DNA of 64,000 nucleotides from Firmicutes bacterium UBA5435. Its GTDB lineage: Bacteria; Bacillota; UBA5435. Positions 28,949 to 39,189 of this stretch are shown here, piece by piece (positions within the stretch are counted from its first letter, which is position 1; each line of letters opens with the position of its first letter). A model generated the notes under the pieces. That model was not told the DNA's origin, did not search any database, and worked only from the letters and a program-made list of their open reading frames with translations. Made by a program: the position numbers and the translations under genes. The stretch lies in the NCBI GenBank assembly GCA_002426645.1, contig DIRN01000071.1:22107-86106 (forward strand), written 5' to 3'.

Positions 28949-29776
28949 GCGGGTTCTCCTTTGAAGTCCTTCCCCTAGCCAATTAACGCTAAGCGATACT
29001 AGCATAATAGCTATACCGGGAGGCATCCACAACCATGGCATAGAAGTTAATGTAACCAAATCTTTGGCCTCTTCTAGCATACCACCCCAGCTAGGTGTAG
29101 GCGGTCTTATCCCCACCCCTAGATAGCTTAAAACAGCCTCAGCAAGGATCCCATTTGCCACACCAAAAGTAACTGACACAATAACAGTAGGAAGCAAAGC
29201 AGGAAAAAGATGCTTTCTTATAATCCAGGCTTCCCTAGCGCCCATAAGACGCGAGGCCTCTACAAATGTTGACTCCTTTAAAGACAAAACCTCACCCCTT
29301 ATGAGTCTACAAGTAAACGGCCAACCTAGACCAGCTAGAATAATTATTAACCTCCAGACAGACGGAAGATCAGGTAAATACCTATTAAAGATAGGTGAAA
29401 GAACTAAAGCCAAGAGAGTAGTTGGAAACGAAAGCATAGCATCGGTAAACCTCATAATGAAAATCTCTATCTTCCCACCATAATATCCAGCCACGCTTCC
29501 AAGAATAGTACCAATACCAACTGAAAAGAGAGACGACAAGAATCCAACTAAAAGCGAAACTCTCCCACCGTAAAAAAAACGGCTTAATACATCCCTACCA
29601 AGGGCATCTGTACCCAAAGGATGCGCTAAACTAGGAGGCGCTTCTATATTAAATAAGTCTAAAGCATCTGGCTCATACGGACTCAAATAACGGGCTAGTA
29701 GTGGCACTAAAGAAAAGAAGAGTAAGAATATGATACCTATAAGGAACCTTTTACTACCTTTGGTTTTAAGTCGCAT
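28940..29776 (-). CDS. ABC transporter permease, peptide/nickel type (DppC/OppC-like)
   Basis: 6-TM BPD permease with an EAA-like loop (EASRLMGAREAWIIRKHLFP). Confidence 0.8.
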   Translation of the reverse strand: MRLKTKGSKRFLIGIIFLLFFSLVPLLARYLSPYEPDALDLFNIEAPPSLAHPLGTDALGRDVLSRFFYGGRVSLLVGFLSSLFSVGIGTILGSVAGYYGGKIEIFIMRFTDAMLSFPTTLLALVLSPIFNRYLPDLPSVWRLIIILAGLGWPFTCRLIRGEVLSLKESTFVEASRLMGAREAWIIRKHLFPALLPTVIVSVTFGVANGILAEAVLSYLGVGIRPPTPSWGGMLEEAKDLVTLTSMPWLWMPPGIAIMLVSLSVNWLGEGLQRRTRSY

Positions 29777-29779
29777 ATC

Positions 29780-30742
29780 TCACCCTCCAATATTCACCCG
29801 TGGATCCAACAACGCATAAACTATATCTGCTAAGAGTCCTCCAACTAGCGTAAAAAACGTTGTTATGAGCATACACCCCATAAGCACTGGAAAATCCCTC
29901 TGATAAAGAGCAGTCACCATCAACGTACCCACACCAGGCCAACTAAAGACCACCTCTATAACGGATGCTCCACCAATAAGAGAAGGAAGCGCTATTCCTA
30001 AGAGCGTCACAGTCGGGGCCAAAGCGTTTCTTAACCCATGCCTTACAACTACAGCAGTTTCAGATAATCCTTTAGCCCTTGCCGTAGTTATAAAGTCTTC
30101 ATCCATTACCTCTAATAGACCAGAGCGTGTGTACCGGAAGAACCCACAAATATTTATAAAACTCAAAACAGAAGAGGGTAAAAATAAATGTCTTAAAAGA
30201 TCAAAGAAAGAAAAATCCTGCCCTGCAGTGCTCATTCCCCCTACTGGAAACCATTCTAATCGACCAGAAAAGATATATATAGCTAATATTCCAAGAAAAA
30301 AGCCAGGCACTGATAGACCAGCAAAAGTCAGAAATGTAAGGAAAGAATCAAGGAGAGAGTATGGTCTAATAGCAGAAATAACAGCAAGTAAAACGCCTAC
30401 GGATACTGAAATAATCAAAGAAGTTCCCATAAGCAGAAGAGTAGCTGGAATTCGCTCCATTATAACTTCCTCTACTGGACGTCCGCGTAATATAGACCAG
30501 CCCAAATTCCCACGAAAGAGTCCACCAACCCACTTAAAATATTGGATATATAATGGTTGATTAAGACCTAAGGCTTCACTCCTAGCAGATAGTTCCTCTG
30601 GAGATAAAGAAGGATCTAAATAGTAAGCTAGGGGATGACCGGGGGCGATATATAGTAGGACAAAAGTCACCACACTAATAAAAAATAAAATAGGGAGCAT
30701 CTGAAATACCCTATCCAATATATATCGCCCCAAAGACTTCAT
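29780..30742 (-). CDS. ABC transporter permease, peptide/nickel type (DppB/OppB-like)
   Basis: 320 aa BPD permease. ARAKGLSE EAA-like motif. Confidence 0.8.
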   Translation of the reverse strand: MKSLGRYILDRVFQMLPILFFISVVTFVLLYIAPGHPLAYYLDPSLSPEELSARSEALGLNQPLYIQYFKWVGGLFRGNLGWSILRGRPVEEVIMERIPATLLLMGTSLIISVSVGVLLAVISAIRPYSLLDSFLTFLTFAGLSVPGFFLGILAIYIFSGRLEWFPVGGMSTAGQDFSFFDLLRHLFLPSSVLSFINICGFFRYTRSGLLEVMDEDFITTARAKGLSETAVVVRHGLRNALAPTVTLLGIALPSLIGGASVIEVVFSWPGVGTLMVTALYQRDFPVLMGCMLITTFFTLVGGLLADIVYALLDPRVNIGG

Positions 30743-30773
30743 TTTTTATAACCCCCTAAAAGAAATGAGCAGT

Positions 30774-32417
30774 TCAATTAAGGTTTAGCCATAGATCGCA
30801 TATATCAGGAGTGATCCCAAAAGCACATGGTTGGATTCCCACTACCCTCTTATTTACCCCTACAACTGACTTCTTAAAGTACATGAAGACATAAGGAAGT
30901 TCATCATTGATAAGGGTCTGCCACTCCCAATAGATTTTCTTCCTTTCATCTAGTTTTAGAGTGCTCCGTCCCTTATGAAGGAGTTCGTCAGAGCGAAGAT
31001 TCGCAAACCCAATTCCATTATATGGACTCTGTGAATGCCATATTATATAAGGATCAGGATCTGCTCCATAAAGCGTCCAAGCTAAAATATAAGCATCGAA
31101 ATCAGACTCAACAGATGTCTTTCCAAATAGTTTTGGAAAGGTACTTGCTGCAAGAGCATTAGGTTCAGTTGGCATCAAATTAACTTTTATACCCAAAGAC
31201 CTCAATGTCCCCTGTATAATAGCTGATAGAGAGCCACGTATCTTATCCCCTGCAGGATACATAAGATCAAATTCAAATCTCCGACCATCCTTCGCGCGTA
31301 AGCCATTATCCCCTTGTACCCAACCAGCTTCATCAAGAAGTTCAGCAGCACGACGCGGATCGTAAGGATAATCATTGAGCTCATCAGAATAAGCCCAATT
31401 CAAAGGAGATATAGGAACATTAGCTACTTCACCATAGCCTTTTAATATGGTTTGTACAAATAGCTCTCGTGGTATAGCATAAGCTAAAGCTTGACGAACC
31501 GTTTTAGACTGAAAGACAGGCTTTCTGAGATTAAGACCCATATACGCATAACCTTCACCATAGTTTGGGTATTCGTATATATTTAAATTACTCATATCCC
31601 TCAGGTACTCTAAATACTTTGGTTGGATATCAGCTATATCTATCTCCCCATTCCCAAGGGCTATGACCATTGCATCCTCATTGGTAATGATCTTATAGAT
31701 TATCCTATCAATGTATGGTCTCCTAACAAAGTATTCTTCGTTCGCCTTCAGCTCCACATATTGACCGTTTACGTACCTCTCCAACTTATAAGGGCCTGTA
31801 CCAACAGGATGAAGATTAAAAGAGGCTTTATCCAGCTCTGTAACTGGAACGCCCTTAAGTAAATGCTCAGGGAGGATAGGAAAAGTCATGCTCTCCATGA
31901 ATGGAGCAAAAGATTCAGTAAGGCGAAATTTTATAGTATAATCATCTATCACCTGTATTCCTGAAATAAATTGCGCTTCTCCACTCTTAAATTCCCGAGC
32001 ACCTTCGATAAAGATAAAATCAGCGCCTTTGCCACCAAAATACTTTGGATGCAACAGCGTAGTAAATGTAAAGTTTACATCTTTTGTAGTAAACGCCTTG
32101 CCATCATGCCATCTTACATCGTCCCTCAGATAGAATGTCCACTCAAGTCCATCTTCAGAAAACTCCCATTCTTTAGCAAGAGATGGGATGTACTCCATGT
32201 CAGGACCTATCTCGATGAGTCCATTGAAGATATGCTTTGCAACATCCAGATCATATTTGCTGGAACTTATTAGAGGATTGAACCAGCCCTGTGGGGCAAC
32301 AGGTATACCTATGGTCAACGTTCCTCCATACTCTGGTCCGTTTTCAGATGCAACCCCAATCACACTGAAAACTACAAGAAAGACCACGGCTATGTATAAA
32401 ACCCTAAACCCCTTCAA
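30774..32417 (-). CDS. ABC transporter substrate-binding protein, family 5 (peptide/nickel)
   Basis: 547 aa. N-terminal signal/TM segment and SBP_bac_5 architecture. Confidence 0.8.
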   Translation of the reverse strand: MKGFRVLYIAVVFLVVFSVIGVASENGPEYGGTLTIGIPVAPQGWFNPLISSSKYDLDVAKHIFNGLIEIGPDMEYIPSLAKEWEFSEDGLEWTFYLRDDVRWHDGKAFTTKDVNFTFTTLLHPKYFGGKGADFIFIEGAREFKSGEAQFISGIQVIDDYTIKFRLTESFAPFMESMTFPILPEHLLKGVPVTELDKASFNLHPVGTGPYKLERYVNGQYVELKANEEYFVRRPYIDRIIYKIITNEDAMVIALGNGEIDIADIQPKYLEYLRDMSNLNIYEYPNYGEGYAYMGLNLRKPVFQSKTVRQALAYAIPRELFVQTILKGYGEVANVPISPLNWAYSDELNDYPYDPRRAAELLDEAGWVQGDNGLRAKDGRRFEFDLMYPAGDKIRGSLSAIIQGTLRSLGIKVNLMPTEPNALAASTFPKLFGKTSVESDFDAYILAWTLYGADPDPYIIWHSQSPYNGIGFANLRSDELLHKGRSTLKLDERKKIYWEWQTLINDELPYVFMYFKKSVVGVNKRVVGIQPCAFGITPDICDLWLNLN

Positions 32418-32864
32418 TTCTTAATACCTCCCCACCATACCCAAATCTTTACGGCATATAAGAAGCCCCCTTTAATTAACAACTTGGAAAATGCCGTATT
32501 TATTCTCAAGTTTGTCCATAAAAAATACTATCTCGATAATGAGAAAGTATTTTAAGGGGGGACTTAAACATTGTATTATTTCGTCAAAAGTAACAAAACT
32601 CCTCTTTTATCGTGGCGTTTCGACAATATTTCTTATATATTACTTAGGCAAACCCTCTGTCTCTGGAATATGTTAGAAAACATATAAAGTCCGCATTGAA
32701 ATAGAGAGTTTATCTTTAGGTTTATTGATGAATAATCGTATAGTTTTTGGACTCCTCTACATCTTTTCTAAATAAGCTGCTATAAATCAAGTCATTGCAC
32801 TACCAAGACTTTAAAGTGTTCACAACTTCTTTCTAATCAATTTAACCTTAATTGATAGTATTAA

Positions 32865-33332
32865 TCATATGAAATGATTTATTGATAGTGCTACATATTT
32901 AATATACATAAATACTGGTATCATACCGCCGATTATACTTAAGACTTCATTCAATGTCATATTTAATATAGCATGTAAGAATTGTATTATCTTTATCTTT
33001 TCGAAAATAGTCGCAATAAATGCTATAAGAAATAGTACCAATTGACTTAATAACCATGAAATTATAGAGACAAAGAATGAAATAATTAAAAAGCCTATAG
33101 TTTCTATAATCCCTGGATATACTCTTGGGATATTCGATCTTATCATTGCTGTTTTTATATCAGAACCTAAAAATAATCTGAAAATAATTACTCCTTGAAT
33201 AAAGATTTGAATCCCGGAACTATTTTCAATTAATTGACCAATGATGGGTATAAAAGTTATAGCTATTCCAATAGCAAAAGCGATAATACCTGCCTTAAAA
33301 ATTGGCCACAAATTATTAGCTAGCTCAGACAA
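32865..33332 (-). CDS. polytopic membrane protein (possibly the C-terminal part of a split Yip1-like gene)
   Basis: Highly hydrophobic 155 aa ORF. It is contiguous with the 33325-33552 ORF in another frame. Confidence 0.35.
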   Translation of the reverse strand: MSELANNLWPIFKAGIIAFAIGIAITFIPIIGQLIENSSGIQIFIQGVIIFRLFLGSDIKTAMIRSNIPRVYPGIIETIGFLIISFFVSIISWLLSQLVLFLIAFIATIFEKIKIIQFLHAILNMTLNEVLSIIGGMIPVFMYIKYVALSINHFI

Positions 33333-33552
33333 GGGTATAGTACTGGAGCCACCTAATAAAATAGGTGAGAGTAGTACTTATTAGGTACGTGAAGCATCCT
33401 ATAGCTACTCTATATCCCGAATCATTAGAAATTACAAGTCCTCCACAAATAACTATAAAAATAAACATAATAATCACGTAGACTACGATAGAAAGCCAAA
33501 CCTGCCAATGAGTTAATACCTTTAAACCTTCAAGTACCGAGTCCCAAAACAT
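33325..33552 (-). CDS. small membrane protein (possible N-terminal part of the same split gene)
   Basis: 75 aa with two predicted TM helices. Overlaps the downstream ORF by 8 nt. Confidence 0.3.
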   Translation of the reverse strand: MFWDSVLEGLKVLTHWQVWLSIVVYVIIMFIFIVICGGLVISNDSGYRVAIGCFTYLISTTLTYFIRWLQYYTLV

Positions 33553-34071
33553 TGAACTACCCCCTTTGTTTTATCTGCACATCCAAGGTAATTCGCGATA
33601 TATACAGTTGCTGTAACATGATAATATTTCTTAGTAATGCAACATCGGTCATCTCATAACACATTATTCTCCACCGGCTCTAGCAAACTTTAGAATTACC
33701 AACTATATACATTGTTATGTTAACACTATGTAGGTGGTAGCTTTAATAGCATAAATATCCGTGCATCCAGATATGCCTGCTTGAATAGGTTCTAGAGTAT
33801 TATCCTTTGCTGAAAGTTCAGCCTTTATTACTCTTGAGAATAGGAATGCTAATGGCATAAGTGGTGCAGTACAAAATCGGTAAAAGCCATATAACTAAGA
33901 TCCCAGTCCATATTATCAACTGAAGGGGACCTGATTAATCCTGCCCACCGCTTTTAAAGAGAGCGCACTGATATTATTATACTATAAAACGGAAACAAGG
34001 CGAATGGTTGCCTGAGGTTACTGAATGACACGTTATTATAGGTTAGCCATCCGAGATTCATAGGACCTAGC

Positions 34072-34710
34072 CTACTTAAGCTGAGTATCTGTAACATGCT
34101 TTTCTTTGTAAGGAAATTCTCTTTCAAAGATTTCAAGCTCTTCATCTTGTACTTCAAAGACCTCATCCACATAATATCTACCTGTTATTCCATTTAGGGC
34201 TCCATCATATAATTCTAGTGCCATAAACGCATCAAAATTCTCACCTGAAGATGTTTTAATTCCGTATCTTCCCGAGTTTATAAAACTAAACCGTTGATAG
34301 TATCCGGGATTACCAAAGATAATGATCGCTTTAAATCCAAGGACTCTCGCTTTTTCAATAGAATAGTTCATTAGCAAAGAACCTATGCCTTTTCTTTGAA
34401 AAGGAGGTAATACACTTAAAGGGCCCATACACAGAACCTCAAACTCTCTACCTTCATCATTGATTACTTTTGCCCTTGAATAGATTATATTGCCAACAAC
34501 ATTACCATCAGCGCATGCAATATAACTTAACTCCCCTACAAATGCAGGTACCTTTCTTATTTTATGAACTATCAAATGCTCATCGCATCCTGGTCTGTAT
34601 ACATCCCAAAAAGCCTCTCTTGTTAAATGCTCTACAGCTTTATAATCTTTTTCTTCCTCTAACCTAATTGAAATTTCCACTATTCTTATCTCCTTTGCTA
34701 CGTTAATCAA
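34072..34710 (-). CDS. GNAT family N-acetyltransferase
   Basis: Acetyl-CoA binding motif QRKGIGSLL. 212 aa. Confidence 0.7.
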   Translation of the reverse strand: MINVAKEIRIVEISIRLEEEKDYKAVEHLTREAFWDVYRPGCDEHLIVHKIRKVPAFVGELSYIACADGNVVGNIIYSRAKVINDEGREFEVLCMGPLSVLPPFQRKGIGSLLMNYSIEKARVLGFKAIIIFGNPGYYQRFSFINSGRYGIKTSSGENFDAFMALELYDGALNGITGRYYVDEVFEVQDEELEIFEREFPYKEKHVTDTQLK

Positions 34711-34854
34711 AGATGATCTACATTTTCTATAATATCCTGCACTAAGATATACCTGACCTTATAGGTCAGGCAGTAACTTTAGATAACTCTTATCATAGTG
34801 CTATCTTTTATAGATGATATATTTTAACTACAAGTACAGATTATACTCATAACC

Positions 34855-35592
34855 TTATACATTATCACTGTTCATCTTGTGGGTGAAGACGAATACCGCA
34901 ATTGCCATAATAGCTATGGCATAACCGCATACCCACCAAAAATGCAGAAAACTTGCAGAGTAATCACGTGCAAGTGCTGCTTTGCCCATATCAACAGCGT
35001 GAACAAAAGGTAACGCATTTGCAATAGCTTTAAATACACCGCCTATCAAATCAAGATCAAACCAAGTACCACTTAGCCACGCACATAGGTTTGTTAGTAA
35101 TGCTCCACAGATGCCGCCAACCTGTTTGTCGGTAAAAATGCTTCCGCATAAAAGTCCCAAACCGATAAAGAGTACTGTCGCAGGGATAAGCAGGATGATT
35201 GCCAACAGGATATTTAAGTTAAAGGATAATCCTAAAACTATTGCAACAATAAAACAAAAAGTGACCTGTGCTAATGCCATTGGGAGTAGCGGTAAGGTAT
35301 ACCCCAAGATAAAGTCCCTTGCTGTAAGTGGTGAAGTGAACAAACGAAGCATAAAAGAACTCGTTCTGTCCTTTGCAATTAGCATTCCTGAGAACAACGA
35401 AATGAAGGACAAACCGAATACTGCAATACCCGGTGTCAGCTTCTCTATTTCAAAAATATCAACAGGTATATTCGACTGAATGGCAGTGAGAAGCAATAAT
35501 AGTATCACTGGAAAGCCTATCCCCAAATAAAGATTTTGCTTATCCCTTAGGATTTCTTTTGCATTTCTTGATGCAAAAGCTATTGTTTTCAT
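34855..35592 (-). CDS. ABC-2 type transporter permease
   Basis: 245 aa with 6 predicted TM segments. Its start codon overlaps the stop of the ABC ATPase gene. Confidence 0.65.
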   Translation of the reverse strand: MKTIAFASRNAKEILRDKQNLYLGIGFPVILLLLLTAIQSNIPVDIFEIEKLTPGIAVFGLSFISLFSGMLIAKDRTSSFMLRLFTSPLTARDFILGYTLPLLPMALAQVTFCFIVAIVLGLSFNLNILLAIILLIPATVLFIGLGLLCGSIFTDKQVGGICGALLTNLCAWLSGTWFDLDLIGGVFKAIANALPFVHAVDMGKAALARDYSASFLHFWWVCGYAIAIMAIAVFVFTHKMNSDNV

Positions 35593-36323
35593 TATAATGC
35601 ACCATCCTTTTCTACCAATGTCACAAAAGCGTCCTCAAAGTTATCTTTATTCGCTTGCTTTTTCAATTCTTCCGCTGTTCCTATGGCTTTTATCTCGCCA
35701 TTTGTCATAATAGCAATTCTGTCAGAAAGGCTTTCAGCTTCTTCCATATAGTGTGTTGTAAGAATGATTGTCACCTTACCCTTTAGCTTTCGAATAATAT
35801 TCCAAAGCTCTCGCCTTGCAAGCACATCAAGGCCTAACGTCGGCTCATCAAGGAATAAAATTTGCGGTTCAGAAATAAGAGCCATTGCTATGCTGAGCCT
35901 TCTTTGCCAACCGCCGGAAAGTGTTTTTGCTCTTGATTTTGCAATATCGGAAAGTCCAAAAGATGTAATCATCTCCTCAGCTTTTTTCTTCGTATCAAAT
36001 TTATTATTACCATAGATACCTGCCACAAGCTCTAAATTTTCACTTACCGAAAGATTAGGTGCTACCGCGGTTTCCTGCGGGGATACATTGATTCTCTCTT
36101 TAACCTTTATCGGCTGTGTCACAATGCTATGACCCAAAAGCTCTGCGTCACCACTTGTTGGTTTTATCAGACAAGAGAGCATTTTAATTGTTGTGGTTTT
36201 ACCTGCACCATTCACACCAAGCAGTGCAAAGAGCTCACCTTGCTCAATGGTAAGATTCAGGTTTTTTACCGCAGCCTTATCTTTGTATTCCTTGCGTAAG
36301 TTAGTTATTTTAATTGCACTCAT
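35592..36323 (-). CDS. ABC transporter ATP-binding protein
   Basis: Walker A GVNGAGKTT, signature LSGGWQRRLS, Walker B ILFLDEPT. Confidence 0.85.
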   Translation of the reverse strand: MSAIKITNLRKEYKDKAAVKNLNLTIEQGELFALLGVNGAGKTTTIKMLSCLIKPTSGDAELLGHSIVTQPIKVKERINVSPQETAVAPNLSVSENLELVAGIYGNNKFDTKKKAEEMITSFGLSDIAKSRAKTLSGGWQRRLSIAMALISEPQILFLDEPTLGLDVLARRELWNIIRKLKGKVTIILTTHYMEEAESLSDRIAIMTNGEIKAIGTAEELKKQANKDNFEDAFVTLVEKDGAL

Positions 36324-36604
36324 TCCTCATCATCCCCTTTAGCAATCACTTCTTTTATTTCGTTAGCAAAGATTTCGAGATTCCCCTCAGGTTCATTTGG
36401 ATAAAGATCTTTCCCCTTCCCTTCAAATATTAAATCAGCAATTTCATTGAATACATCTGTTTTTTGTATAGCAATTCCTCTTTCAGAATCTGCAAGTAAA
36501 AGAAGCAAATCACCAGGATTGATATTAAACATATCCCTTACTTCTTTTGGAATTACAATTTGTCCTTTAGCACCGACTTTTACGGTACTCATGTATTTAT
36601 CCAT
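36320..36604 (-). CDS. AbrB/MazE/SpoVT-type DNA-binding domain protein
   Basis: VKVGAKGQIVIPKEVRDMFNINPGDLL swapped-hairpin motif. An internal Met (MDKYMSTVKV) was chosen as the start instead of the 136-aa ORF-track start. Overlaps the ABC ATPase start by 4 nt. Confidence 0.55.
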   Translation of the reverse strand: MDKYMSTVKVGAKGQIVIPKEVRDMFNINPGDLLLLLADSERGIAIQKTDVFNEIADLIFEGKGKDLYPNEPEGNLEIFANEIKEVIAKGDDEE

Positions 36605-36742
36605 TTTCTCGCCCCCCCATCTCCAAAATGTAATATAAGTATGAAATGTATAACTTATTATACTATTCTGTTTTATTTTTGTCAATAAAAAAAGAGTCGC
36701 AGCTTTGCTGCAACTCCTCATTATGCTCATTTTGAATATCTC

Positions 36743-36949
36743 TCATTCGAATATAAAAAGTTCCTCAATGGGGGTATCTAAGGTACGTGAAATATCAACA
36801 GCAAGTTTTAAAGATGGATTATATTTCCCCGATTCTAACCGCATTATTGTTTCCCTTCTTACACCAACTCTTTCTGCTAGTTGCTCTTGTGTTAGCTCCT
36901 TCAATAATCGGTACTTCTTGACATTACACGTGAATTTAGCCATATTCAA
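36743..36949 (-). CDS. XRE-family helix-turn-helix transcriptional regulator
   Basis: 68 aa. [42 protein letters not shown]_3 pattern. Confidence 0.75.
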   Translation of the reverse strand: MNMAKFTCNVKKYRLLKELTQEQLAERVGVRRETIMRLESGKYNPSLKLAVDISRTLDTPIEELFIFE

Positions 36950-37306
36950 TCATCTCTCTTCCAATACATACAACTTCACAGCATAAGCAATAAGTAAGGA
37001 AGAAAAACATCCTGAAACAATAACTAGTAAATATTCTCGAAGTGCTGGTATTAAAGTCCCAAGAGTCATCATTAGGGCCATCTCAATCACTGCGAGAGTT
37101 CCTACAAATGATTTTGCCACCTTAACATCTTCAAAGTACCTTTCATCCATACGATTACCGCTAATTCTCGCAATAAAGAAATAAGCAAAAAAGCCAAAAT
37201 ACCCGATAAAAGCCAAATCAGCTATATCCCCACTAGAAAAATACTGAAATGCGGAAAATCCCACGAACCCCATAAACCCAAAGTATCCAACCTTTTTCTT
37301 AAACAT
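36950..37306 (-). CDS. small membrane protein co-transcribed with the XRE regulator (DUF3796-like arrangement)
   Basis: 118 aa with 3-4 TM helices. It is directly abutted to the XRE gene, with no gap. Confidence 0.45.
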   Translation of the reverse strand: MFKKKVGYFGFMGFVGFSAFQYFSSGDIADLAFIGYFGFFAYFFIARISGNRMDERYFEDVKVAKSFVGTLAVIEMALMMTLGTLIPALREYLLVIVSGCFSSLLIAYAVKLYVLEER

Positions 37307-37676
37307 AACAAGTCCTCCTATGTGATATATTTATCACTCTATGAGACAAATATATCACCTTTAAAGAAACAAGTCAAGTCCATATTCTGATTTTCTTCAA
37401 TGCAGATTCATGGATTGCCTCTATAATTATTCTTAGTATAAACTGATGTATGCTCGACTTCTGCCGACTTTATTTTTCCTCTTTCGTTTTAAGTCCACCG
37501 GCAATTATCAGAACTATTCCCACCAGTAGCAGTGGTATTGCAAGCCAATCGGATATCCGTATAATGAACCTATCAATTATCGTATATGCCACATATATGA
37601 GAAGTCCTATTCCTAACATGGGAGAGATCCTCTTCTTCATTTTCATTTATTCCCCTCGCATAGCATATAAAAATAC

Positions 37677-38339
37677 TCATCCTTCTTTAGCTACTATATA
37701 TGTATATAGTATACTCACAACCAAATCAACAAAAACTAATACCCCTGTAAAAACTAAGACTTGATTACCTTTAAGAATAATAGAGTTTCCTATTAACATT
37801 AAGGCACCAATGATAATTAAACCCGCTCCACCAAATCTTTGGCTCTTCTCCCAGGCTTTATCACTACTTAAGCTCCATTTCGTTCGGAGTCCAATAATAC
37901 TATTTCTTTTACACTTTGGCATTACATTTCCAATTACAATTAAGACTACACCTAATGCTGAAAATAATAAATTTCTGATATCAATGACAACGTCTGTTAG
38001 CTTCTCTACTTTATTAAAACTTGTATAAAGAAAATATCCAGTTAAAATGTTGAAAACTAGTAATGCCATAATCCCAGTTATAATTAGAACCTCCTCATTA
38101 TTGGTATTCTCCTTTTTGCTTGCTAACTTACCCATTAATAAAAGAAAAAATCCAAACGGAATTGTCACCATGGGTAATATAAGCGTTTCATATTTACTCC
38201 CCCAACGAGTAACCTCACCATCAAAACCATAATGAGCTGGAATTCTATCGGGTAAAAACATCAAGCTGATACAAGTTGCGATTAATGGCAGAAACATTAA
38301 AGTGTAAAACCATACTTTATTTTTCTTCATACTTCTCAT
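37677..38339 (-). CDS. SdpI/YhfL-family membrane protein (toxin-immunity/signal-transduction like) with N-terminal DUF1648-like region
   Basis: Motif PKCKRNSIIGLRTKWSLSSDKAWEKSQRFGG matches the SdpI family pattern (N..G.RT.W.L.S...W....R.GG). Confidence 0.55.
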   Translation of the reverse strand: MRSMKKNKVWFYTLMFLPLIATCISLMFLPDRIPAHYGFDGEVTRWGSKYETLILPMVTIPFGFFLLLMGKLASKKENTNNEEVLIITGIMALLVFNILTGYFLYTSFNKVEKLTDVVIDIRNLLFSALGVVLIVIGNVMPKCKRNSIIGLRTKWSLSSDKAWEKSQRFGGAGLIIIGALMLIGNSIILKGNQVLVFTGVLVFVDLVVSILYTYIVAKEG

Positions 38340-38678
38340 CTACTTTCAAATTCCTAAACTAAACAAATACTCCATCAAAAATGTTTAAATTTAGTTTTCT
38401 GATAGATGCAGTCTATAGCCCTTAATACCACTCCATTTTTTATTGCAAACCCCATCCCGCCAGCTTAAATAACTTGTCTATGCTTTTTTATTAGATTTTT
38501 CCATACGTTCCTGATACATTTCCCGAACCCATACATGTACTGGCGCCTTCCATTGTTGTGTCTTACTCGGTATATTCTTAATCAAGCTTTTAGGATTTAA
38601 CCCTAGCTCTTTGGCCATTCTTATTGTTTCTTCATTAAGTCGGCATTTTTTCTTCGCTTCTGCCCATAATAGTTGACT

Positions 38679-38692
38679 CTCTCTCTCTCATT
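38679..38692. repeat. (CT)6/(GA)6 dinucleotide simple sequence repeat at the stop codon of the upstream ORF
   Basis: CTCTCTCTCTCTCA on the plus strand. On the minus strand this reads T-GA-GA-GA-GA-GA-GA. Confidence 0.8.
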
Positions 38693-39158
38693 TATAAGTT
38701 ATTCCATTTTCTTCGCACCATTCAATAGCAATCCTTTTAATTGCTTCATCACGATACCTGTACCATTCTTCCTCAATACCAAATCTCTTTATTTTATCTT
38801 TAAATCTTCTAAAAGCTTCCCTTCCTTTTATTGAATTATAGAGAGTATTACTAATATTATCATTCTTTATTTCCAAACAAAATTCTTCCATTATATTGTA
38901 TTCGTTAATATCAAACTGTGATGGTAATGAGATAAAGTAATCTTCTTCTAATATTTCTCCAGCTATTCTTATATTATCTCGTTGCCAAGCAGGAAATTTC
39001 TCAATTGGCACCTCATCTTCTGCTGCCCTAAACTCCTCATCTGTTATTGATACCACTTCTCCAGTTCTCAGATCTAAAAAAGCTCTTATCTCATTAGATT
39101 GGAATTCTAATCCTTCAATAATATCTTCTAAATTAACGACGATGTCCGCCATTTTCAC
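38688..39158 (-). CDS. acidic cytoplasmic hypothetical protein (immunity-protein-like)
   Basis: 156 aa, strongly acidic, no TM segment. It ends at a TGA followed by a (GA)6 repeat, and the frame stays open for about 70 more codons. Confidence 0.45.
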   Translation of the reverse strand: MKMADIVVNLEDIIEGLEFQSNEIRAFLDLRTGEVVSITDEEFRAAEDEVPIEKFPAWQRDNIRIAGEILEEDYFISLPSQFDINEYNIMEEFCLEIKNDNISNTLYNSIKGREAFRRFKDKIKRFGIEEEWYRYRDEAIKRIAIEWCEENGITYK

Positions 39159-39189
39159 TTACCTCCTTATTCATTTCCATATCTTTATA

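Noticed and set aside
37450-37764. Small plus-strand ORFs 37450-37764 and 40905-41096
   Set aside because: They have low-complexity translations and no RBS. The first partly overlaps the SdpI-like gene on the opposite strand and the second is within a non-coding flank. They are treated as spurious.
38688-38692. In-frame TGA as a selenocysteine codon
   Set aside because: No SECIS-like stem-loop follows the TGA (the sequence is a GA repeat). There is no redox-motif context, and no selenoprotein machinery is visible in the window.
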